Of a stretch of DNA of 28,520 nucleotides, positions 21,222-28,520 are shown piece by piece. Below the pieces are notes generated by a model. It worked only from the letters and a program-made list of their open reading frames with translations, searched no databases and was not told the DNA's origin. Each line of letters begins with the position of its first letter. Position 1 is the stretch's first letter. The stretch lies in the NCBI GenBank assembly GCA_026994735.1, contig JALWQD010000074.1:1-28520 (forward strand), given 5' to 3'. The DNA is from Gammaproteobacteria bacterium. GTDB lineage: Bacteria; Pseudomonadota; Gammaproteobacteria; SZUA-140. The translations under genes and the position numbers were made by a program.

Positions 21222-21415
21222 TAGTTTCCTGCGCAGATATTCATATCACTAGCGGTTTTCTATACGCGGCAGCATACCTTTGCTATCCTTTCCCGAGGTG
21301 ACAATAGACGGAAACAACAGCGCAAAGGATACCAACCCTTGTCCCGACAGAGAGCAATTCAGCAGATCTTAAAAAACGCCGTAGAAGTCATCGCCAACCA
21401 CAGGGCCTGTCTCTA

Positions 21416-22672
21416 ATGCTTCCTACGTTCGAGCGATTACTGCCCTTGCAATGGCTCCTTCTGAGCACCCTGCTCACTGCCTGTCAAGGCCTCGACCAGG
21501 CGATTAAAAAAGGCCAGCAAGCTAGCGAGATTCTAGATACGGAAACGGTACAATCATTGCTCAGCCTGGCCCAAAGTGATCAACCGAAGGAGTCGGCCCG
21601 CCTGGCCCTGAGCAAGAAGATTGATGCCTATAGCGATAACCCTGCGCTGCTCGTCGCAGACTTGCAACGGGTCAAGCGTGATTACCAACACATCATGGCT
21701 GTCCTTGAAGGCAAGGTACAGCAACGCTGGGGGAAAAAGGAAAGTCGCCTGCCTGACCGTAAAACCTATGTAAAATATACCCAGAACTATGCCAGCCGGG
21801 CCGTCGTCGACTTTGACCGCGGACAAATCACCATTGAAACCCTGGCCCTTCAAAACACCAACAAACACCTGAAAAACGCCATTATTACCACCCTGTTAAC
21901 ACCACAAGATCCTCGTGCAGTTGACCTCTTCTCTGCGCGTGAAGTCACTCTCGACAGTGGCCAACCGCCTTATCTCCTTAATCTGGTTGTCGACAAACAA
22001 GGGCAAGCCATAAGCACTCCCGCCCAGGCAGAGGCCTTTGCCAACAAGCTCATCAGCACACAACGACAGCAACGGACCATTACCTCACCACAGGGGAAGC
22101 AACTAGCTCGGTACGTCGAAATTAAAATGGTCAGCAATTTCAGTCACCAGCAGGCGCTCAAATACCGCCCGATGGTCGAGCGCTACGCACAAAAATATAG
22201 CATTAGTAAAAGCCTGATTTATGCCATCATTAAAACCGAAAGCAACTTTAACCCCTTTGCTGTCAGTCATGTTCCGGCCTATGGTTTGATGCAACTCGTA
22301 CCTAGCAGCGGCGGCCAGGATGCCTACCGTCATGCCCGTGGAAAGCAAGGTATCCCGTCAAAACAGTTCCTCTTTAAGCCAGAAAATAACATTGAGCTGG
22401 GCACTGCCTATCTTGATATTCTCGATGACAATTACCTGGCTCGCATCACTAACCCCGTTGCCCGTGAATACTGCGTCATCTCTGCTTATAACACCGGTTC
22501 AGGCAATGTCTTCAAGGCCTTCGCCAAAACGCGCAAAGAGGCCCAGAATATCATCAATGGCATGACGCCGAGTCAGGTTTATGCGCAATTAAAGAAACAT
22601 TTGCCACACCAAGAGACCCGCCGCTACCTGGATACCGTTATCAAGCAACGCAAGCGCTTCATCTCATTGTGA
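21416..22672 (+). CDS. mltC: Membrane-bound lytic murein transglycosylase C (lipoprotein, DUF3393 + SLT domain)
   Basis: Lipobox LTAC; RWG...[22 protein letters not shown]-domain; catalytic [43 protein letters not shown]. Confidence 0.88.
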   Translation: MLPTFERLLPLQWLLLSTLLTACQGLDQAIKKGQQASEILDTETVQSLLSLAQSDQPKESARLALSKKIDAYSDNPALLVADLQRVKRDYQHIMAVLEGKVQQRWGKKESRLPDRKTYVKYTQNYASRAVVDFDRGQITIETLALQNTNKHLKNAIITTLLTPQDPRAVDLFSAREVTLDSGQPPYLLNLVVDKQGQAISTPAQAEAFANKLISTQRQQRTITSPQGKQLARYVEIKMVSNFSHQQALKYRPMVERYAQKYSISKSLIYAIIKTESNFNPFAVSHVPAYGLMQLVPSSGGQDAYRHARGKQGIPSKQFLFKPENNIELGTAYLDILDDNYLARITNPVAREYCVISAYNTGSGNVFKAFAKTRKEAQNIINGMTPSQVYAQLKKHLPHQETRRYLDTVIKQRKRFISL

Positions 22673-24270
22673 CAACCCCAGCCGTGCGCGCACCTCAATA
22701 TCATGGCCAGGTTCTGGTCATTGGCAGCGGTGCTGCCGGACTAACACTGGCGCTGCGCCTTGCCAACCACCGGCGCATCACCTTGATCGCAAAATCCTCT
22801 CTTGATGAAGGCGCAACGCTCTATGCCCAGGGCGGCATCAGTGTTGTCCTTGACGAAACCGATTCCCCACAATCACATATCGAAGACACCATCAATGCCG
22901 GTGCTGGCCTCTGCGACCCGGAAGTCGTCAGCCATACAGTCAACCATGCCCGTGAATGTATTCAATGGCTGATTGACCACGGTGTTCCCTTTACGCGTGA
23001 AACTACGGCTAAAGGTGCCATCGGCTATCACCTCACCCGTGAAGGCGGACACAGTCATCGACGCATCCTCCATGCAGCCGATGCCACAGGTATGGCGATT
23101 GAAAAAACCCTTGAACAAGAAGCGCGCGAACATCCAAATATCGAGATCTTCGAACACCACCTGGTCATTGACCTTATCTGCCAGCAAAAACGCTGTCTCG
23201 GGGCTTATATTCTCGACATCAGGAAACAGCAGGTACGCACATTCAGTGCTGACCATACCGTCCTTGCTGCCGGTGGTGCCGGCAAGGTCTACCTGTATAC
23301 CAGCAACCCGGATGTTGCCAGCGGTGACGGTATTGCCATGGCCTGGCGAGCGGGCTGCCGGGTTGCCAACCTCGAATTCATTCAATTTCATCCAACCTGC
23401 CTCTACCACCCACAGGCGAAATCCTTCCTCATCACCGAAGCCATTCGTGGCGAAGGGGGGCGCTTACTGTTACCCGATGGCAATCGTTTCATGCACCGTT
23501 TTGACCCACGTGCGGAACTGGCACCCCGTGACATCGTCGCGCGGGCAATCGACCATGAAATGAAGCGGCTAGGTGCCGACTGTGTCTACCTCGACATCAG
23601 TCACCGGCCGGCAGCATTCATCAGCGAACACTTTCCAACAATCTATCGCCGCTGCCTCGAATTTGGTATCGATATTACCCGGGAAGCTGTGCCTGTCGTG
23701 CCTGCTGCACACTACCTCTGTGGTGGCGTCATGACCGACCTGCAGGGACGCACAGACGTCAACAGGCTCTACGCCATTGGCGAAATGGCCTATACAGGAC
23801 TGCATGGAGCCAATCGCATGGCCAGCAACTCCTTGCTCGAATGTGTTGTTTTTGCTGCCGGTGCCTGCCAGGACATCCTCGACAAGAGCACAGACTCAAT
23901 GGCAACGCTCACCCTGCCGCAATGGGATGAAAGCCAGGTTACCGATTCTAATGAAGAGGTCTTTGTCTCGCATAACTGGGATGAACTACGACGTTTCATG
24001 TGGGATTATGTCGGCATTGTCCGCAGCAACAAACGCCTCCAGCGGGCACAACGACGTTGCCAGATGTTACACCGGGAAATTGATGAATATTACGGGGACT
24101 TTCGCATCACCAGTGACTTGATCGAACTACGCAACCTCGTTCTGGTTGCTGAATTGATTATCCAGTCAGCCCTGCAACGACGTGAAAGCCGGGGACTCCA
24201 TTTCAGTCTCGACTATCCTGAAAGTGATGACAGCAAGCCTCCCCAAGCAACGGTCCTGACACCGCCCTGA
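22669..24270 (+). CDS. nadB: L-aspartate oxidase
   Basis: [69 protein letters not shown] start overlaps the mltC stop. Confidence 0.96.
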   Translation: MTTPAVRAPQYHGQVLVIGSGAAGLTLALRLANHRRITLIAKSSLDEGATLYAQGGISVVLDETDSPQSHIEDTINAGAGLCDPEVVSHTVNHARECIQWLIDHGVPFTRETTAKGAIGYHLTREGGHSHRRILHAADATGMAIEKTLEQEAREHPNIEIFEHHLVIDLICQQKRCLGAYILDIRKQQVRTFSADHTVLAAGGAGKVYLYTSNPDVASGDGIAMAWRAGCRVANLEFIQFHPTCLYHPQAKSFLITEAIRGEGGRLLLPDGNRFMHRFDPRAELAPRDIVARAIDHEMKRLGADCVYLDISHRPAAFISEHFPTIYRRCLEFGIDITREAVPVVPAAHYLCGGVMTDLQGRTDVNRLYAIGEMAYTGLHGANRMASNSLLECVVFAAGACQDILDKSTDSMATLTLPQWDESQVTDSNEEVFVSHNWDELRRFMWDYVGIVRSNKRLQRAQRRCQMLHREIDEYYGDFRITSDLIELRNLVLVAELIIQSALQRRESRGLHFSLDYPESDDSKPPQATVLTPP

Positions 24271-24329
24271 GCAAACCCAGCCCTCTCTCGCAGCAAGAAA
24301 CAGAGCCACATGACAACGACCACTTGCTT

Positions 24330-25661
24330 TTACGGTTGAGCTATCCTGGCTACACCACCAAAGCTACCAACCCAGAGCGCCCCATCGTCGGCAATATCCA
24401 TCGAAAAGACATTATCGGCAAACAGGCCATCGGCACGTGTCAAGATCGTGAAACTCTTTTTATCATCATCAAAGCGTACCAAGCCATTACTTGTACCGGC
24501 CCAAAGACGATCGTCATCATCAAGATAGAGCATAAAGATATGATTCGCAGGCAAGCCATCGGCTGTCGTCAGGTTCTTCCAGTTCTGGCCATCGAACCGG
24601 GCCAGGCCGCCGCCCCAGGTACCACACCAAACGATCCCTTGGCGGTCAACAACCATCGAAATAATGTAATTCGGGTTGTAGGCAACCTTGACATTCTCCA
24701 TACCCTGCGCCGATTTCTGTTGCGCATGATGGCGGGATGATTTAGCCGGATCATTGGTAAATTGGATGGCATCCTTTACCAGCTCATAGGGAGCACCAAG
24801 ACCATCACTGTGTTTCCAATGCTTCCATTGGCCATTACGATAGCGCGCCAGGCCTTCCTCGGTAGCAAACCACATATCACCATTCAAACCTTCTTCAATA
24901 CCATAGACCCAGGGGTTTGGCAGGCCGCCGGCCGTATTCTCAACGGTAAACGTCGTCCATTGATCGGGATCATCGAGCTTACCCGCAGTGACCCGGTTAG
25001 CACCGGACCAGGTAGCAATCCAGACATCACCATTGCGAGTCTTGACAACCTCATAGACAAATTGATCAGCCAGTCCCTGGGGAATATTGTAATTTTGCCA
25101 TTTGTCTGCCGCCGGGTCGTACAATGACAGTCCACCACCATAGGTGCCTACAGCCAAGCGTTGCCCCAGTTTGCTGATATGAAAAATACCGTTCGAGAGC
25201 AGGCCAGGAATCTTGTTATTGTAGAGCTTGTGGCTATCATCGCGACTATCGTAGCGGATCACTCCACCTGACGTGCCAATCCAGGTAATGGGGCCATCGC
25301 TGACAACACCCTTGACGTTACGATTGCCAACACGAAAATGAGCAAAACGATTATCGCCCTTGGCTACCGCTGGCTTGGCCTCAGGCGTTTCCGTGGCCGG
25401 CGTCGCCATCGCAGGCAAAACAGACTGGGGCGCACTGCCACCACTGCGCGCGGCACGAATCACTGGCTGGGTCATCGGTGGATGATTGCTTGGCAATATG
25501 GTGCTTTCAGTCACCACACCCGCGTCTTTTTGCGCAGCACTTGTCAGCCTATTACCAGCGCCTGCGCTGTCACCCTGATGGGCACCAAATTGATAGCTGG
25601 CAATCAATAAGCCGCCAATAATAAATACCAGCAGAGCCAGCGTAGTATGATTCATTTTCAC
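24330..25661 (-). CDS. Stand-alone 7-bladed beta-propeller protein (two-component-regulator-propeller-like repeats) with an N-terminal membrane anchor or signal and an Ala/Pro-rich linker
   Basis: Seven repeats of (GL-x-x-x-x)-V-Y-x-I/V-x-x-D-x-x-G-x-x-W-x-G/A-T-x-G-G-L/V-x-R-F/Y-D. Hydrophobic N-terminus LALLVFIIGGLLIA. No Y_Y_Y, kinase or output domain follows blade 7. Confidence 0.8.
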   Translation of the reverse strand: MKMNHTTLALLVFIIGGLLIASYQFGAHQGDSAGAGNRLTSAAQKDAGVVTESTILPSNHPPMTQPVIRAARSGGSAPQSVLPAMATPATETPEAKPAVAKGDNRFAHFRVGNRNVKGVVSDGPITWIGTSGGVIRYDSRDDSHKLYNNKIPGLLSNGIFHISKLGQRLAVGTYGGGLSLYDPAADKWQNYNIPQGLADQFVYEVVKTRNGDVWIATWSGANRVTAGKLDDPDQWTTFTVENTAGGLPNPWVYGIEEGLNGDMWFATEEGLARYRNGQWKHWKHSDGLGAPYELVKDAIQFTNDPAKSSRHHAQQKSAQGMENVKVAYNPNYIISMVVDRQGIVWCGTWGGGLARFDGQNWKNLTTADGLPANHIFMLYLDDDDRLWAGTSNGLVRFDDDKKSFTILTRADGLFADNVFSMDIADDGALWVGSFGGVARIAQP

Positions 25662-25688
25662 GATTTGATCTTTCCTGAAGTCAACAAT

Positions 25689-26786
25689 CTATTCTGTTAC
25701 GGGTGGACCGCTAACCGACGGGCTATCGACACCAATACGAGCCACATTGCCTCGACTGCCGGCCCAGACATCACCATTCGCTGTTACCTGCACGGCATAG
25801 ACGGGGCCTGCTGGCAAGCCAGAATCCTGATTCACCGTCAGCCAATGATGCCCATCATAACGAGACAAGCCCTGATCGGTAGCAAACCAGAGACGGCCGT
25901 CGCTGTCTTCACTGATAGCAAAAACAATATCGCCGGCAAGCCCATCACTGACGGTCAGGTTGTGCCACTGTTGGCCGTCAAAATGGCTGACACCACCTCC
26001 CCAGGTGCCAACCCAGACAGAGTTGTCACGAGCAACATGGATGGCAAAAGCATAGCCCGGATTATAGGTTGGCTCGCCCTCGCTGAGAACACTGATGTTA
26101 TGACGGTCACGTGTCCCCAGGCCGGTATTTTTGCTCGCCGCCAGATGACGGTTATTGGGTGCCCCGAGACCATCATCATGCGTCCATTCTTGCCATTTTT
26201 TGCCGTCAAACATTGACACGCCACCTTCCGTGGCGAACCAGACACGATCCTGGTCATCAACGGCAATCCCATAGACCCATTCGTTAACCAGTTCGCCGTA
26301 AAACGTCTGCCATCTGTCCGCTCCAGGATCATAGCGATTCGCGCCCGCCCAGGTGCCCATCCAGATAGCTCCATTGGCCTGTTCAGCAAACGCATAGACC
26401 CAATAATCGGCCAATCCGTGCAAGGGGAAAAACGTCCGCCATGTTCCCTCCTTAAAACGTGAAACGCCACCACCGTTAGTGCCAAACCATTTATTCCCCT
26501 GGCTATCGGCCATGACAGCAAAGACGTATTCATTGGCCAGACCAGAAGCGCGAGTAAATGTCCGCCGCAGATCGCGGCTGGCCAGGTCGACCTCGTGGAC
26601 ACCCAGTGATGTCCCGACCCAAAGGCTGTTGCGCTGAGTATCAACGGCAAGGCTACGAACATAAACATCCTTACCAACCTCAAAGGCCTCAAGAACATGG
26701 GGCGTTGCCGCATCTGCAGCCCATAGAGGGCTTATCGGAATAATAACCGACAGCCAGAAAAGAAAGCCTGGCATACGAAGAATCAT
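25689..26786 (-). CDS. Secreted stand-alone 7-bladed beta-propeller protein, paralog of 24330..25661
   Basis: Signal peptide ending PLWA-AD; seven blades of the same repeat; no output domain. ATGA overlap with the upstream cytochrome c gene. Confidence 0.8.
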   Translation of the reverse strand: MILRMPGFLFWLSVIIPISPLWAADAATPHVLEAFEVGKDVYVRSLAVDTQRNSLWVGTSLGVHEVDLASRDLRRTFTRASGLANEYVFAVMADSQGNKWFGTNGGGVSRFKEGTWRTFFPLHGLADYWVYAFAEQANGAIWMGTWAGANRYDPGADRWQTFYGELVNEWVYGIAVDDQDRVWFATEGGVSMFDGKKWQEWTHDDGLGAPNNRHLAASKNTGLGTRDRHNISVLSEGEPTYNPGYAFAIHVARDNSVWVGTWGGGVSHFDGQQWHNLTVSDGLAGDIVFAISEDSDGRLWFATDQGLSRYDGHHWLTVNQDSGLPAGPVYAVQVTANGDVWAGSRGNVARIGVDSPSVSGPPVTE

Positions 26787-27085
26787 CTCAGGGTTCTCAA
26801 AAAAGCGACGAGGGCATATAACTCATCACGACTAAAACGGCCGGCAAAGGCAGGCATCATCCCCTGCCCCTGCTCAATCGAGGATACCACTTGCTCATCG
26901 GCACGCAATAACCGTTCGCCGCGTGAAAAATCAGGCATAGCGGGCATGAGTGGCTGGCCATTAGTACCATGACAGTTCTGGCAGTGACGCATATAGAGAC
27001 GACTGCCAACAGTCGTATCAGCCGCCATTAGCGGGCTACTCAACAATAACAGCACGAGGCTGATCAGTAGTAGAAATCGACTCAT
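26783..27085 (-). CDS. Periplasmic monoheme class I cytochrome c (c6/c553-like, probable His/Met ligation)
   Basis: Signal peptide ending PLMA-AD, G-x-x-L-Y before CQNCH, distal MMPAF, C-terminal LVAFLRTL helix. GGAG upstream of the start. Confidence 0.9.
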   Translation of the reverse strand: MSRFLLLISLVLLLLSSPLMAADTTVGSRLYMRHCQNCHGTNGQPLMPAMPDFSRGERLLRADEQVVSSIEQGQGMMPAFAGRFSRDELYALVAFLRTLR

Positions 27086-27182
27086 TATTTCTCCCTCCCC
27101 ACGGACTTCAAGGCCCGCATCGGATCATAATAACAAAGCTCACCAGCCAACTGGCAAAAAGACTTGCTGGGTGCAGACACTG

Positions 27183-27752
27183 TCACGACGCCGGAAACAG
27201 ATCGGCAAGGATACTACCATCTCCGTCCCGGGCCAATTGCCGCAAGGCCTCGACGACCGCAGCAGCATCCCATACCTGTTCACCCACCACTCGCCGCAGC
27301 AAGACACCCTGGGCGGAAATAATAAAAGTATCCGGGTAAATACGGATACCAAGAAGACGATTGGCAATATCCTGTTGACTGTCAATAAATGACGGCAGAT
27401 CGAGATCACGCTGACGTAGGTATTCACGCGCCAAAACTGGGTCCTTGTCTACTGATAGCAGAATGACTTCCATGCCCTCATCGGCCAATAGCCCTTGCAA
27501 ACGTTGTAAACTGGGCAATTCACGACGACAGGCTGAACACCAGGTAGCCCAGACATTAACAATCAATAGCTGGCCACGATAACTGTCCAGACGACGATCG
27601 GACTGACTGAGCCCGGTCAGGGTAAGGTTGGGGAACTGACTGCCTTCACGCAACTTATCTGGCGGCGCGGTCTGATCACACGCCGACAACAACAAAAGCA
27701 GGCACAACAAACTGCAGCGGAAGGAGTTAAAAAAGTAATCCGTCATTAACAT
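27183..27752 (-). CDS. TlpA/ResA-family thiol-disulfide oxidoreductase lipoprotein
   Basis: Lipobox LSAC, RGQLLIVNVWATWCSACRRELPSL thioredoxin motif, SVD, cis-Pro loop YPDTFII. The start may be the ATG at 27746. Confidence 0.88.
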   Translation of the reverse strand: MLMTDYFFNSFRCSLLCLLLLLSACDQTAPPDKLREGSQFPNLTLTGLSQSDRRLDSYRGQLLIVNVWATWCSACRRELPSLQRLQGLLADEGMEVILLSVDKDPVLAREYLRQRDLDLPSFIDSQQDIANRLLGIRIYPDTFIISAQGVLLRRVVGEQVWDAAAVVEALRQLARDGDGSILADLFPAS

Positions 27753-27912
27753 GACGGCAACTGATGCGCGGCCATTATCATTGCCAGGTCAGTTTCAGAT
27801 ACATGGTTACAGGCTTCTGCCGATGACAGCTAATCCCTGACACAAATGCGCACATCAACAAGCAGCATTACGAACAGAGCACGCCTGCTCCTGAGTAACC
27901 GTCAACAAGCGG

Positions 27913-28520
27913 CTAGGGAACAATCTCATTAATAACTATCTCCGGCACCTGACTGCCAACAGCAACAACAGCACTCAGTCCCTGCAAGTCACCACTACTC
28001 GGCATGGCATTGCCAGTGTGAGAAATACGTGCGCCGACGACAACCTGGGAAAAACGAGCCAAACTCATCTGTGGTGTCATCGCCATAGACTCATCGAGGA
28101 CGAAATCTAGCGGCAAATCACGTACCTGAACACGCTTTACGGCGAGTGGCATCGGCGGTCCGGAGGCCGCGCGGGCAAAGATAAAAACCGTATCATCGGC
28201 AGCAGCACGGCCAGCCAATGATGGCGATAAACTGACACGCCCAGTCAGTCGTGCCGGGCCATTACCAGCGGCCGCAGGCGCTGATGCCATGTTCTTCTGC
28301 ATATCGGGCATGCTTTGTGCTGAAGGCGGTGGACGCCCTTCGAGCAGGGCCTGTGCCTCAGCAATATTAGCGGCCATCGTGCGTGCCGTTTCTGAACCGG
28401 CAGGTAACTGTGTCGCCAACTGACGCCATAACTGCACCGCTTCAGCATAACTCCCTTGTTCAAATGCTGCGGTACCGGCTAGCCAGAGAGCCTTCTGGTT
28501 GTTAGGGTCAATCATCAACG
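27913..28520 (-). CDS. ccmI: Cytochrome c-type biogenesis protein CcmI/CycH, C-terminal part (5' end outside the window)
   Basis: TPR end DPNNQKALWLAGTAAFEQGSY..A..LW, then the CcmI C-terminal domain VSLSPSL...DTVFIFARAASGPPMPLAVKR...LPLDFVLDESMAM...VVVGARISHTGNAMPSSGDLQG. Frame is open to the window edge. Confidence 0.85.
   Translation of the reverse strand, partial: LMIDPNNQKALWLAGTAAFEQGSYAEAVQLWRQLATQLPAGSETARTMAANIAEAQALLEGRPPPSAQSMPDMQKNMASAPAAAGNGPARLTGRVSLSPSLAGRAAADDTVFIFARAASGPPMPLAVKRVQVRDLPLDFVLDESMAMTPQMSLARFSQVVVGARISHTGNAMPSSGDLQGLSAVVAVGSQVPEIVINEIVP

Noticed and set aside
22873-23563. ORFs of 178 aa (-) and 196 aa (+, alternative frame) within nadB
   Set aside because: Fully nested in a well-conserved gene, with no protein-like features.
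24324-26713. Long alternative-frame and antisense ORFs over the propeller genes (24324..24740 +, 25647..26216 +, 25955..26713 -)
   Set aside because: Shadow ORFs with no recognisable motifs; any resemblance among them follows from the paralogy of the real genes.
24330-26786. Reading the propellers as a frameshifted or truncated hybrid two-component sensor kinase
   Set aside because: Each gene has its own export signal and ends cleanly after blade 7, and no Y_Y_Y or kinase remnant lies between them or before nadB.
27770-27786. AATGATAATG upstream of the TlpA gene as a Fur box
   Set aside because: Only a half site; there is no 7-1-7 inverted repeat.
1-28520. CRISPR arrays, tRNA/rRNA genes, IS elements or integrases
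   Set aside because: I saw no regularly spaced direct repeats, tRNA-like cloverleaves, transposase or integrase motifs, or terminal inverted repeats by eye.

Overview
Core chromosomal region of a gammaproteobacterium, judged from gene order and protein sequences. From left to right: a 5'-truncated RhlE DEAD-box helicase; a minus-strand TPR-sucA-sucB-lpdA-sucC-sucD cluster; the conserved rpoE-rseA-rseC-mucD-lepA-lepB-DUF4845-rnc-era-recO-pdxJ-acpS block, here lacking rseB; a divergent mltC-nadB pair, with mltC sitting between rpoE and nadB; and, at the right end, a minus-strand run ccmI(partial)-TlpA lipoprotein-monoheme cytochrome c-two paralogous stand-alone 7-bladed beta-propeller proteins. 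That last cluster is the best candidate for an undescribed system. Both exported propellers share a His-containing insertion loop and a Trp/Tyr/Glu-rich set of loop residues, have no kinase or output domain, and one is translationally coupled to the cytochrome. This suggests a periplasmic redox or ligand-processing module, not a two-component sensor. I saw no tRNA, rRNA, CRISPR array or mobile element. All family assignments come from motif recognition by eye; no searches were run.
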